Made by a program: the position numbers and the translations under genes. From NCBI GenBank assembly GCA_964422565.1, contig CAYRCA010000003.1, forward strand, positions 1-27,035: a stretch of DNA of 27,035 nucleotides. The letters are read 5' to 3'. The DNA is from an uncultured Acidobacteriota bacterium. Its GTDB lineage: Bacteria; Acidobacteriota; UBA6911; RPQK01; JAPXNP01. Numbering within the stretch: the stretch's first letter is position 1; every line of letters begins with the position of its first letter. Shown here in pieces: positions 16,398 to 24,986 of this stretch. Under the pieces are notes generated by a model. That model was not told the origin of the DNA. It searched no databases and saw only the letters and a list, made by a program, of their open reading frames with translations.

Positions 16398-16760
16398 ATG
16401 GAACGAGCGCTTCGAAACAACGCGAACCTGTGGGAACTGTTTGAGGCCATAACGTTGTTGGAGAACAGCGAGGAAACGGCCCGGTTCTTCCGCGATTTGT
16501 GTACGCTTGGAGAGCTGAAGGCCATGGCGGAGCGCTGGCAGGTCGCTCAGATGGTCGACAAGGGGATGCCCTATCGTAAGATCAGCCGGATCACCGGCGC
16601 CAGCACGGCCACGGTTACCCGAATCGCCCACTGGCTTCGCCATGGGGAGGGCGGATATCCGATGTTGCTGGACCGAATCCGCGCGCGGCCGGGGCCGGAC
16701 CGGGGCTCTCGACGCGCCGAAAACAGGACGGACGACTCCCATGCTGCTGAACGGCGATAA
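16398..16760 (+). CDS. TrpR-like YerC/YecD-family DNA-binding protein (HisR-type candidate regulator of the his operon).
   Basis: WELFEAITLLENSEETARFFRDLCTLGELKAMAERWQVAQMVDKGMPYRKISRITGASTATVTRIAHWLRHGEGGY matches the Trp_repressor/YerC family, including the HTH. Overlaps the hisG start by about 20 nt. Confidence 0.75.
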   Translation: MERALRNNANLWELFEAITLLENSEETARFFRDLCTLGELKAMAERWQVAQMVDKGMPYRKISRITGASTATVTRIAHWLRHGEGGYPMLLDRIRARPGPDRGSRRAENRTDDSHAAERR

Positions 16761-17616
16761 TCTGAAGGTCTCCATCCAGAAGAAGGGGCGCCTATATCAG
16801 GGGTCGCTCGATCTGCTCAAGGCGGCGGGAATCGAGTTCGACTTTTCCGACGGCCTGCTTTTCGCCCGGGGACGAAACTACCCGCTCGACATTCTGTTTC
16901 TGCGGGACGACGATATACCCGAGTACGTCCAGGACGGGGTTACCGATCTCGGCATCGTGGGGTTGAATGTAATCCGTGAGAAGGATGCGGAGGTGGTGAC
17001 CCTTGACCGCCTGGGTCTTGGGGCCTGCGAACTCTGTGTCGCGGTCCCTCGGAAGAGCGGCTACGATTCCTTGCGGGACCTGGAGGGGAAACGCATCGCC
17101 ACCTCCTATCCGGGAATCCTTCGGAGTTATCTGGCCGAGAAGGGGGTGAAGGCGCGTGTGATCGAAATCAACGGATCCGTGGAGATCACGCCTAGCTTGA
17201 ATGTCGCCGACGCCATCTGCGACCTCGTATCGACGGGATCCACTCTCCGGATTCACGAGCTGACCCCCATCGAGACCATACTCAAATCGGAGGCCGTCTT
17301 GGTGGCCAACCGCGCCTCGCTGGCCGACACCCGGAAGGCCGTGTTGATCGAGCGTCTCAGAACCCGAGTACTGAGTCATCTCGAGGCTCGGAAAACGAAG
17401 TATGTCATGATGAACGCGCCGCGCTCCGCGTTGGAGAAGATCCGCGCGATCCTGCCCGGGATGAAGAGCCCCACGATTGTGCCGCTGGCCGACCCCAACC
17501 TGATCGCCGTTCACACCGCCGTGCCGGAAGAGTACTTCTGGGAGGTGATCGAGAAGCTCAAGGAGGCCGGCGCCACGGATATGTTGGTGGTGCCGGTCGA
17601 AAAGATGGTGGTCTGA
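16741..17616 (+). CDS. hisG: ATP phosphoribosyltransferase, long form (HisG with C-terminal regulatory domain).
   Basis: MLLNGDNLKVSIQKKGRL...DLGIVG...ICDLVSTGSTLR. 292 aa. Start at M34 of the track ORF. Confidence 0.9.
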   Translation: MLLNGDNLKVSIQKKGRLYQGSLDLLKAAGIEFDFSDGLLFARGRNYPLDILFLRDDDIPEYVQDGVTDLGIVGLNVIREKDAEVVTLDRLGLGACELCVAVPRKSGYDSLRDLEGKRIATSYPGILRSYLAEKGVKARVIEINGSVEITPSLNVADAICDLVSTGSTLRIHELTPIETILKSEAVLVANRASLADTRKAVLIERLRTRVLSHLEARKTKYVMMNAPRSALEKIRAILPGMKSPTIVPLADPNLIAVHTAVPEEYFWEVIEKLKEAGATDMLVVPVEKMVV

Positions 17617-18918
17617 ATGAAAATCTATGAGTACGACCAACTGAGTCGCGAGGATCTGCGCCGCCTCTGTGTGCGCAATCCGCTCCGCGAACCCGCGCTG
17701 GAGGAGACGTGTGAGGAGATCTTCCGGGAAGTGGAGGCCCACGGCGATGAGGCCGTGAGGACGTTCACCCGTAGGTTCGACGGAGTGGAGCTGTCCGAGT
17801 TTCGCGTGCAGGCGAAGGACTTTCAAAATGCGGTCGAGGGTTTGTCGCCCGATGTCACGGGGGCTCTCCAGATGGCCGCGGGGAACATCCGGAAGTTCCA
17901 CTCGGCTCAATCCTTGACCGAGGAACCCGTCGTCGTGCAGGAGGGAGTGACATGCTGGCGGGCGGCGCGAGCCATTTCGGGAGTCGGTATTTACGTTCCC
18001 GGCGGGACCGCGGTGATGCCCTCGACCGTTCTGATGCTGGGCATTCCCGCAAAGCTTGCCGGCTGCCAGAAAGTCCTGCTCTGCACTCCCCCCCGCAAGG
18101 ACGGGAGCGTGCCTCCGGTGGTGTTGGCGGCCGCCCAGATCGCTGGAATCCGGCAGGTTTACAAAGTCGGCGGGGCGCAGGCGGTGGCGGCCATGGCCGT
18201 CGGAACCGAGACCATCCCCAAGGTGGAGAAAATCCTGGGGCCTGGAAACCGCTACGTCCAGACTGCGAAGCTGCTGGCCGCCTTCCGCGGCGTTTCCATC
18301 GACATGGTGGCGGGCCCCACGGAGGTTCTGATCATCGCCGACCAGAGCGCCTCCCCTCGGCAGGTTGCCGCCGATCTCATCGCCCAGGCCGAACATGGGG
18401 CGGACAGCCGGGCGATTCTGGTTACGCCATCCTCGGAGTTGCTGGCCGCGACTGTCTCGGCGCTGGATTCCCAGCTGGAGGACCTTCCCCGGCGGGAGTT
18501 GGCGCGGGAGTCTTTGGATCGGAGCTTCGCCCTGCGTGTTTCCTCCTTTGAGGAGGCTTTTGATTTCGGCAACCGCTATGCCCCGGAACACCTGGTCCTG
18601 GCCCTCGAAAACCCGAGGGAGTGGCTCGGTTGTGTGCAATCCGCCGGGTCGGTGTTCGTCGGGCACTGGTCCCCGGAGGTGGCCGGCGACTACGCCTCGG
18701 GCACGAACCACACCTTGCCGACCTCGGGCACCGCGCGATCCGTCTCCGGTGTCAGCATGGACAGCTTTGTCAAGAAGATTACTTTTCAGGAACTGACCGC
18801 GACGGGCCTCGAAGGGTTGGCTCCAACCCTGGAAACCCTGGCCCGCGAGGAGAACCTGGAGGGGCATGCCCGGTCGGTGCGCTTCCGCCGCGAGGGGAAA
18901 CCGGGAGCCGAGTCGTGA
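17617..18918 (+). CDS. hisD: Histidinol dehydrogenase.
   Basis: 433 aa. Begins 1 nt after the hisG stop. Conserved HisD motifs (e.g. IAGIRQVYKVGGAQAVAAMA). Confidence 0.9.
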   Translation: MKIYEYDQLSREDLRRLCVRNPLREPALEETCEEIFREVEAHGDEAVRTFTRRFDGVELSEFRVQAKDFQNAVEGLSPDVTGALQMAAGNIRKFHSAQSLTEEPVVVQEGVTCWRAARAISGVGIYVPGGTAVMPSTVLMLGIPAKLAGCQKVLLCTPPRKDGSVPPVVLAAAQIAGIRQVYKVGGAQAVAAMAVGTETIPKVEKILGPGNRYVQTAKLLAAFRGVSIDMVAGPTEVLIIADQSASPRQVAADLIAQAEHGADSRAILVTPSSELLAATVSALDSQLEDLPRRELARESLDRSFALRVSSFEEAFDFGNRYAPEHLVLALENPREWLGCVQSAGSVFVGHWSPEVAGDYASGTNHTLPTSGTARSVSGVSMDSFVKKITFQELTATGLEGLAPTLETLAREENLEGHARSVRFRREGKPGAES

Positions 18919-20000
18919 GGCCGGAGGAGATCCTGGAGGATTTGGTTCGCCCGAATATCCGGCGTCTGGAGCCCTATCGGTGCGCGCGGGAGACCGTGCG
19001 AGAGGGAATTCTTCTCGATGCGAACGAGAATCCCTTTCTCAGGCGTTGCGGAAAGGCTTTGCTGAACCGCTATCCCGATCCCTATCAGATGGAGTTGCGG
19101 GAGGCGTTGGCCGAATGGGTGGGCGTCCGGCCGGAGATGGTCCTGGCCGGCGTCGGATCCGACGAGGTGCTCGACTGGATATTCAAGGTCTTCTGCGCCG
19201 GCCATGCCGTCTCCGTTGCGGAACCGACCTACGGCATGTATCGGGTTCTGGCCGACATCTATGATGTGCCGGTTCGCGACATTCCCCTTGGGCTTGGTTT
19301 TCGATTCGACGCCTCGCGCTTCCTGGATGTGGTGACGCCCGATGAGAGGGTCCTTTTCCTGTGCACTCCCAACAATCCCACCGGCAACCTCCTCGACCGG
19401 AGCGAGATCGAGCGCGTGTTGGCCGAGTGGAGGGGAGTGGTGGTCGTGGATGAAGCCTATGTGGAGTTCTCCGACGGAATTTCGCTGGCCGGGGAGTCGG
19501 ACCGGTTCCCGAACCTCATCGTCCTAAGGACCTTTTCCAAAGCCTTCGGACGGGCGGGGCTGCGCCTCGGGTACGCGGTTGCCCACCCGGCCGCGATCCA
19601 GTATTTCCTGAAGGTGAAGGCGCCCTACAACCTGAGTGCCTGTACTCAGGCCGAGGGTCTTGAGGCGCTGGCGGCAGCGGAGGAGTGTCGCCGCGAAATC
19701 AAGCTGATTCGGTGTGAACGGGGGCGGGTCGCCGAGGCACTTCGAAACCTGCCCGGCATCGAGGCCGTGTACCCGTCGCAGGCCAACTTCATCCTGTTTC
19801 GATGCGAGGGGGCGGCGGAGATCTGTCGATCCCTGTTGGATGAGGGGATCGTCGTCCGGGATCGGAGCGGTCTCCCGGGGCTGGAGAACTGCATTCGGGT
19901 CAGTATCGGCACCCCCGACGAGAACACGGTTTTTCTCGGCCGGCTTCGGCGCCACCTGGAGGAAAGGAAATCGCATGAATCCTCGCAAAGCCGCAGTTGA
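18915..20000 (+). CDS. hisC: Histidinol-phosphate aminotransferase.
   Basis: GTG start overlapping the hisD TGA (GTGA). Class-II aminotransferase fold with the PLP-lysine region LRTFSKAFGRAGLRLGY. The track ORF extends 98 aa upstream inside hisD, which is rejected. Confidence 0.85.
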   Translation: MRPEEILEDLVRPNIRRLEPYRCARETVREGILLDANENPFLRRCGKALLNRYPDPYQMELREALAEWVGVRPEMVLAGVGSDEVLDWIFKVFCAGHAVSVAEPTYGMYRVLADIYDVPVRDIPLGLGFRFDASRFLDVVTPDERVLFLCTPNNPTGNLLDRSEIERVLAEWRGVVVVDEAYVEFSDGISLAGESDRFPNLIVLRTFSKAFGRAGLRLGYAVAHPAAIQYFLKVKAPYNLSACTQAEGLEALAAAEECRREIKLIRCERGRVAEALRNLPGIEAVYPSQANFILFRCEGAAEICRSLLDEGIVVRDRSGLPGLENCIRVSIGTPDENTVFLGRLRRHLEERKSHESSQSRS

Positions 20001-20574
20001 GCGAAAGACCCTGGAGACCGAGATCGCTCTCGTTCTGAACCTCGACGGGGAGGGCCGTGGTGAGATCGCCACCGGGGTCGGCTTCTTCGACCATATGCTG
20101 ACCCTGTTGGCGGCGCACTCCAGAATGGATCTGGAACTCAGAGCTCACGGGGATCTTCATGTGGACGATCACCACGTGGTGGAGGACGTCGGCCTGGCTC
20201 TGGGCAGGGCGCTGAACGACGCGTTGGGCGCCCGAAAGGGAATCGAGCGTTACGGCTGGGCTGTGTTGCCCATGGACGACGTTCTGGTGGCGACGGCAAT
20301 CGATCTGAGCGGGCGTTTCTACTTCGCCTCCGACTACCGGCCCGTTCGGGAGCGGGTGGGTGACCTGTCGACGGAACTGGTCCCTCACTTTCTGCGATCC
20401 ATGGCTCTCGAGGGCCGCATGAACCTGCATGTGCGGATGCTGGAAAATGGGGAGAACGAACATCATCGGGTGGAGGCGGTTTTCAAGTCGCTGGCCAGAG
20501 CGCTGCGGACGGCGATCGCTCTTGACCCCGCGCTGGGTTCGGCCGTCCCGTCGAGCAAAGGGGTTCTGGACTGA
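19975..20574 (+). CDS. hisB: Imidazoleglycerol-phosphate dehydratase (monofunctional HisB, no phosphatase domain).
   Basis: MNPRKAAVERKTLETEIALVLNLDG...FFDHML...HHVVEDVGLALG. GGAAAGGAAA RBS. About 200 aa. Confidence 0.9.
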   Translation: MNPRKAAVERKTLETEIALVLNLDGEGRGEIATGVGFFDHMLTLLAAHSRMDLELRAHGDLHVDDHHVVEDVGLALGRALNDALGARKGIERYGWAVLPMDDVLVATAIDLSGRFYFASDYRPVRERVGDLSTELVPHFLRSMALEGRMNLHVRMLENGENEHHRVEAVFKSLARALRTAIALDPALGSAVPSSKGVLD

Positions 20575-20589
20575 CGGGGATGTCAAGCC

Positions 20590-21237
20590 ATGCTGGTGGT
20601 CATCGATTACGACGCGGGCAACCTCTACAACGTCGCCAACGCTCTCAGACACCTGGGAACGGATTTCACAATGTCGGGAGACCCCGACCTTGTTCTTGCC
20701 GCCGACAAGGTGATCCTCCCGGGAGTCGGCTCGGCAAGGGCCGCGATGGCCTCGCTGAGGCGACAGGGACTTGAGGACGTGGTGCGGAACCTGAGGGTTC
20801 CATTTCTGGGGATCTGCCTGGGGCTGCAGCTTCTGTTTGAGAAGTCGGAGGAGGACGACACCCCCTGCCTGGGACTGATTCCGGGTAGGGTACGTCGTTT
20901 TTCCGGCGATCGGCTTAAGGTTCCCCAGATCGGATGGAATCAAGTCGAATGGCGGCCCGGCGTGGAGGAGTCGCCTCTGTTCGGCGGACGGCTGCCGACG
21001 GATCCATTCCGGATGGAGTACTTCTACTTCGTCCACAGCTACTACGCCCCTGTGCTTCCCGGATTCACCGTTGCGACGGCCGATTACGGGCAGGTCTTTT
21101 CCGCCGCGGTGCAGGCCGGCAACTTCCTGGGGGTACAGTTCCATCCGGAGAGATCGGGGGAGGTGGGGCTCGAATTCTTGCGGAACTTTGTCGATCTGCA
21201 AGGGCTGGATCCGACTTCGAACCGAGGGCGCCCATGA
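20590..21237 (+). CDS. hisH: Imidazole glycerol phosphate synthase, glutamine amidotransferase subunit.
   Basis: MLVVIDYDAGNLYNVANAL...GICLGLQLLF...VQFHPE (class-I GATase catalytic triad context). Confidence 0.9.
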   Translation: MLVVIDYDAGNLYNVANALRHLGTDFTMSGDPDLVLAADKVILPGVGSARAAMASLRRQGLEDVVRNLRVPFLGICLGLQLLFEKSEEDDTPCLGLIPGRVRRFSGDRLKVPQIGWNQVEWRPGVEESPLFGGRLPTDPFRMEYFYFVHSYYAPVLPGFTVATADYGQVFSAAVQAGNFLGVQFHPERSGEVGLEFLRNFVDLQGLDPTSNRGRP

Positions 21238-21299
21238 ACGAGTTGGAACCGCGAACCGACACCTCGAAACCCGGAACGGATGGAGGGAGGCTGCGGCAA

Positions 21300-22019
21300 G
21301 TGCTGAAGATTCCCGCGATCGACCTGATCGAGGGTCGGTGCGTGAGGCTCTTCCAGGGCGACTACGGGCGCCGGACCACCTATTCGACCGACCCCGCGGA
21401 GCAGGCGCGGCGGTTTCAGGCGGCGGGTTTTCCACGGGTTCATGTTGTGGACCTGGAAGGCGCCCGGGATGGGAGCGGTCGCAATCGGCTCGCGATTCGG
21501 CGGGTGGTCCAGGCGTGCCGGGTACCGGTGCAGGTGGGGGGGGGAATCCGCAGTGATCGGGATGTCGACGAGCTGCTGGGCTTGGGCGCCGCCTATCTTA
21601 TTCTGGGGACGATGGCGCTGGTCGAGCCCGACCTGGTGGGCCGCTGGATCGGCCGGTGGGGTCCCGAGCGCTTCATCGTCAGCCTCGATTTCAGGCGGGG
21701 CCGGCTCCAGACCGAGGGCTGGACGGAGGAGGTCGATGTCGATCTGGACGAGGTTCTTGAGCGGATTCGGGGCTGGGGGGCGGCGGAGGTGATTTCCACC
21801 GATGTGGAGCGGGACGGAACTCTGGCGCAGCCGAACTATGAGACGTATCGGCTGCTGGTCCGTCGGTTGTCCCCCGCCGTTACAGTCGTTGCGGCGGGCG
21901 GAGTCAGTCGCCCCGAGCATATACGCCTCCTCGGGGACGTGGGGGTCCGGGGGGTGATCATCGGCCGTGCCCTCTACGAAGGGGACTGTTCCTGGGAGGA
22001 ACTGCTGAATGCTGGCTAA
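21300..22019 (+). CDS. hisA: ProFAR isomerase HisA. The start is ambiguous, either GTG at 21300 (preferred) or ATG at 21234.
   Basis: [22 protein letters not shown]...VQVGGGIRS. The GTG at 21300 is preceded by GGAGGGAGG with 9-nt spacing. The ATG at 21234 overlaps the hisH stop in an ATGA arrangement but has no SD and adds a 22-aa non-conserved leader. Confidence 0.8.
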   Translation: MLKIPAIDLIEGRCVRLFQGDYGRRTTYSTDPAEQARRFQAAGFPRVHVVDLEGARDGSGRNRLAIRRVVQACRVPVQVGGGIRSDRDVDELLGLGAAYLILGTMALVEPDLVGRWIGRWGPERFIVSLDFRRGRLQTEGWTEEVDVDLDEVLERIRGWGAAEVISTDVERDGTLAQPNYETYRLLVRRLSPAVTVVAAGGVSRPEHIRLLGDVGVRGVIIGRALYEGDCSWEELLNAG

Positions 22020-22764
22020 GCGCATCATCCCCTGTCTGGACGTCAAGGAGGGAAGGGTCGTCAAAGGGGTCCACTTCGTCGGTCTTCAGGACGCCGGAGA
22101 CCCCGTGGAACTGGGTGGTCGGTATTATCGGGAGGGCGCCGACGAGCTTGTCTTTCTGGACATCACAGCCACTGTTGAGGCCCGAAAGACCATGCGGGAG
22201 TGGGTGCGCCAGGTGGCCGACTCCATTTTCATTCCCTTTACCGTGGGGGGCGGCATTTCGAGTCTTTCCCAGATGCGGGAACTGCTCCGCGCCGGTGCCG
22301 ATAAGATCTCCATCAATAGCGCCGCGGTTGGGGATCCGTCTCTGATCAGTCGGGGAGCGGAGACCTTCGGTTCGCAGTGCATCGTCCTGGCGGTCGACGC
22401 CAAACGAACGGGAGATCGCTGGACCGTTTTCGTGGGAGGGGGGCGCTGGTGTACCGACCGGGATGCTCTTCAGTGGATCGAAGAGGGCGAAGGACGGGGC
22501 GCCGGCGAGATTCTCCTGACCTCCATGGACCGGGACGGGACACGGGACGGATACGATCTGGAACTGCTCGGGGAAGTTGCCGCCAGGGTGAGAATCCCGG
22601 TGATCGCATCCGGCGGCGCCGGTTCCCCGGCCCATCTCCTGGAAGGACTGACCGTCGGTCGGGCGGACGCCGTGCTGGCGGCGAGCATTTTTCATTATGG
22701 ACAGTACTCCATCGCCGAGGTTAAGAGCTACCTTGCCGACAACGGAGTGTGTGTGAGGCTGTGA
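22009..22764 (+). CDS. hisF: Imidazole glycerol phosphate synthase, cyclase subunit.
   Basis: [23 protein letters not shown]...[12 protein letters not shown]...PVIASGGAG. 251 aa. Confidence 0.9.
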   Translation: MLAKRIIPCLDVKEGRVVKGVHFVGLQDAGDPVELGGRYYREGADELVFLDITATVEARKTMREWVRQVADSIFIPFTVGGGISSLSQMRELLRAGADKISINSAAVGDPSLISRGAETFGSQCIVLAVDAKRTGDRWTVFVGGGRWCTDRDALQWIEEGEGRGAGEILLTSMDRDGTRDGYDLELLGEVAARVRIPVIASGGAGSPAHLLEGLTVGRADAVLAASIFHYGQYSIAEVKSYLADNGVCVRL

Positions 22765-23429
22765 TGGAATTTCGTGTGGATGAGTTGGACTGGGGTAAGG
22801 GAGAGGGGTTGCTCCCCGCAGTCGTTCAGGATGACCGCGGCGGCCGCGTGCTGATGTTGGCCTACATGAACCGCGAGGCCCTGCTGAGGACGCTGGAGAC
22901 TCGGCGGGTAACGTTCTGGAGTCGAAGCCGGAGAGGGCTCTGGACCAAAGGGGAAACATCCGGCAACTATCTCCGGCTGCGATCGATCGCCGTCGACTGC
23001 GACCGGGACGCCCTTTTGGTGTCGGCGATTCCGGAGGGCCCCACCTGCCACCGTGGGTCCACCAGTTGTTTCGACGAGTCCGACCGGCCGGCCGGACCGG
23101 GCTTTCTTCTTTACCTCGAACAGTTGGTTCGGTCCCGAAAGGAAGCACTTCCCGACGGCTCCTACACGGCCGGGCTGTTTCGGAGAGGTATCAACCGGAT
23201 CGGAAGGAAGCTCGGGGAAGAGGCTGTGGAAACCATCCTCTCGATGAACGAGGCCCCGGAGAGGACAGTTGAGGAGTCGGCCGACCTGATCTTTCACTTG
23301 CTGGTTTTTCTGGTGGAACGGGAAGTCGCTCTGGAGAGCGTTCTCGGAGAGTTGCGCCGTCGGCACGGGGAGGCTCGATCCGGGCTCGGCGCGTTGGAGG
23401 GGCCACAAGGAGAAGAGGCGGAAGGGTAG
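22764..23429 (+). CDS. hisI: Bifunctional phosphoribosyl-AMP cyclohydrolase / phosphoribosyl-ATP pyrophosphatase (HisIE fusion).
   Basis: The N-terminal HisI part has the Cys cluster (CHRGSTSCF). The C-terminal HisE part is the helical MazG-like segment (EAVETILSMNEAPERTVEESADLIFHLLVFL). Start overlaps the hisF stop (TGATG). Confidence 0.85.
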   Translation: MEFRVDELDWGKGEGLLPAVVQDDRGGRVLMLAYMNREALLRTLETRRVTFWSRSRRGLWTKGETSGNYLRLRSIAVDCDRDALLVSAIPEGPTCHRGSTSCFDESDRPAGPGFLLYLEQLVRSRKEALPDGSYTAGLFRRGINRIGRKLGEEAVETILSMNEAPERTVEESADLIFHLLVFLVEREVALESVLGELRRRHGEARSGLGALEGPQGEEAEG

Positions 23430-23479
23430 GGGGAGAAGAAAGTCGGTGTTCGGCCGCGCCCTCGACGGTGAGCCACCGG

Positions 23480-24388
23480 TCAGGCGGGAAGGGCCTGATG
23501 ATCCAAGACCTCTTCGTAACGCTTGCCGGTGCGGAAGGCCTCGACGAAGGGATCCGCCGAACGAGCGAAGTCCTCGGCCGTCCCCTGGAAGCGGATCAGT
23601 CCGTCCTTGAGAAGGACGATCTGATCGGCCACGATCTCGAGACATTTCAGGTCGTGCGTGACGACGATGGAGGTCAGGCGCTCCCGGCGACTCAGTTTGC
23701 GGATCAGACGACTCAGCGACTTTCCGATGATCGGGTCGACGCCGGTCGTGGGTTCGTCGTAAAGGATGACCTTGGGGTTGATGGCCATCGCCCGGGCGAT
23801 GGCGACCTGCTTCTTGGCGCCCTCGCTGAGACTGTCGTAGCGCAGACCGCCCATCCCCTCCAGTTCGACCGCGTCCAGGAGGTAGTCGACCCGCTGCCGA
23901 ATGAAGGGTTCGTCCGTGATGCCCCGCTCCCGCAGCGGGTAGGCGATGTTGCCCCGGACATCCAGGAAGTCGAAGAAGGCGCCCCCCTGAAAGACGTAGG
24001 AAACCTGCTTTCTGTGCTCCAGCAAACGTGCTTCGGGCAGGTCCGTGATGTCCCGACCCTCGAATAGAATCAGTCCCGAGTCGGGCTTCAGAAAGCCGGC
24101 GATGAGCTTCAATAAGACGCTCTTGCCGGTGCCGCTTCTCCCCAGAACTCCCAACGTCTCGCCGCAGGGGACGGCCAGGGTGACCCCGCGGAGCACCGGC
24201 GCGTCGAAGGCTTTCCTGACATTGATAACCTCGATCGTGGCTCCCGAACCGACGTCCCCGCACCCGGCCGAAAGGTCCTCCGACTCCGGGACGGTCTCCC
24301 GCTTCCACCACCGGCGAACGAACATCGACATCAGGATGACCAGGTAGGTCGAGAAGAGGAGGACCAGAAAGATCGTGAAAAATCGCAT
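23480..24388 (-). CDS. ABC-transporter ATP-binding protein, MlaF/Mkl-like, with an unusual N-terminal hydrophobic segment. No permease gene is adjacent.
   Basis: Walker A GRSGTGKS, signature LSEGAKKQVAIARAM, Walker B ILYDEPTTGVDP, H-loop VVTHDL. The N-terminal roughly 40 aa (FFTIFLVLLFSTYLVILMSMFVRRWWKR) form a predicted TM helix, unless the true start is an internal Met. Confidence 0.8.
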   Translation of the reverse strand: MRFFTIFLVLLFSTYLVILMSMFVRRWWKRETVPESEDLSAGCGDVGSGATIEVINVRKAFDAPVLRGVTLAVPCGETLGVLGRSGTGKSVLLKLIAGFLKPDSGLILFEGRDITDLPEARLLEHRKQVSYVFQGGAFFDFLDVRGNIAYPLRERGITDEPFIRQRVDYLLDAVELEGMGGLRYDSLSEGAKKQVAIARAMAINPKVILYDEPTTGVDPIIGKSLSRLIRKLSRRERLTSIVVTHDLKCLEIVADQIVLLKDGLIRFQGTAEDFARSADPFVEAFRTGKRYEEVLDHQALPA

Positions 24389-24461
24389 CGGGGAAAGCCG
24401 GTCCGCGCAACGACCGGTCTCGCACCCGGTGGAACGCGCGGCGGTCCGCCGCGCGCCTCCG

Positions 24462-24800
24462 TCAATGCCGGATCTGGAAACGGGTCAACTTACGCGCCAT
24501 TTCCTTCTTCTGCCGGGCGTCGCTCTTGCGGTATTCCTGGAGCCAGCAACGCAGGTCGTTCGGATTCATCTCGAGGACTTCGCATACCCAATAAAAACTG
24601 CCCGGCTGGTTCTCCTCGGCGTAAAACCAATCCAGGGCGTCCTGACGCCACTCTTCCCACTCTTTATTAGAGGCCTTCTTGGGGGCTACGATGTCGCGGA
24701 AGGCCTGAAGGAGAATCCCGAGGGCCAGATTCCTCAAGGAAGGTTCCGGCTTCTTGGTCTGAGGGTACAGTCCTTCGCTCTCAAGTGCTGATGTTCTCAT
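24462..24800 (-). CDS. Hypothetical small protein (112 aa), first gene of the putative two-gene unit with the ABC ATPase.
   Basis: Track ORF immediately downstream of an AT-rich promoter island. Protein-like composition (WEEWRQDALDWFYAEENQPGSFYWVCEVLEMNPNDLRCWLQEY). No family recognised. Confidence 0.5.
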   Translation of the reverse strand: MRTSALESEGLYPQTKKPEPSLRNLALGILLQAFRDIVAPKKASNKEWEEWRQDALDWFYAEENQPGSFYWVCEVLEMNPNDLRCWLQEYRKSDARQKKEMARKLTRFQIRH

Positions 24801-24929
24801 AATCTGCTGATACCCGTCCTTCTATTGGATAATCGGTGTTTCGGAAAAAACAAACCTTTTACCATTTCTTAAAAGTTTTGGCCACCCTTTTTTTTCTTAT
24901 TCCTTGGATGCCTCCGGAGGCTCAAAAGT

Positions 24930-24957
24930 TTCGAAGGGGCTGAATTTCGAGTACAAT
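24930..24957 (+). promoter_or_regulatory. Putative sigma-70 promoter for tpx: -35 TTCGAA, 16-nt spacer, -10 TACAAT. GGAGGA RBS 8 nt before the ATG.
   Basis: Read directly in the about 160-nt AT-rich island (24800-24960) between divergent genes. Confidence 0.45.
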
Positions 24958-24986
24958 ACCGCCCCTGAACTTGGAGGACCCTTCCC

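Noticed and set aside
15741-16775. 344-aa ORF on the minus strand spanning the his leader region and antisense to the YerC-like gene
   Set aside because: Arg-rich (over 15%) low-complexity product that overlaps two well-supported genes. The nested 15749..16525 ORF likewise.
16792-18867. 691-aa ORF on the minus strand
   Set aside because: Antisense to hisG and hisD, which have unmistakable sense-strand homology. Product is G/R/H/Q-rich low complexity.
18621-18914. N-terminal extensions of the track ORFs for hisC (18621), hisB (19714), hisA (20934), HDOD (15051), motA (13703), HD-GYP (12167), hisG (16642), PAS (15076) and STAS (4061)
   Set aside because: Each extension overlaps the upstream gene or is Arg/Pro-rich and non-conserved. 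Internal starts coincide with the conserved protein N-termini and with RBS or translational-coupling signals.
19900-21435. 511-aa ORF on the minus strand
   Set aside because: Antisense to hisB, hisH and hisA. The same reasoning applies to 21084..22064 and 21958..23148.
22728-24425. 565-aa ORF on the minus strand
   Set aside because: Overlaps hisIE in antisense and the ABC ATPase in another frame. The ATPase frame (23480..24388) carries Walker A/B and signature motifs. This one is R/G/P-rich.
24885-24897. T9 run (GGCCACCCTTTTTTTTTC) considered as an intrinsic terminator
   Set aside because: No upstream GC-rich hairpin. It lies in a divergent promoter region where neither flanking gene would terminate. 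More likely part of the AT-rich promoter or UP-element context.
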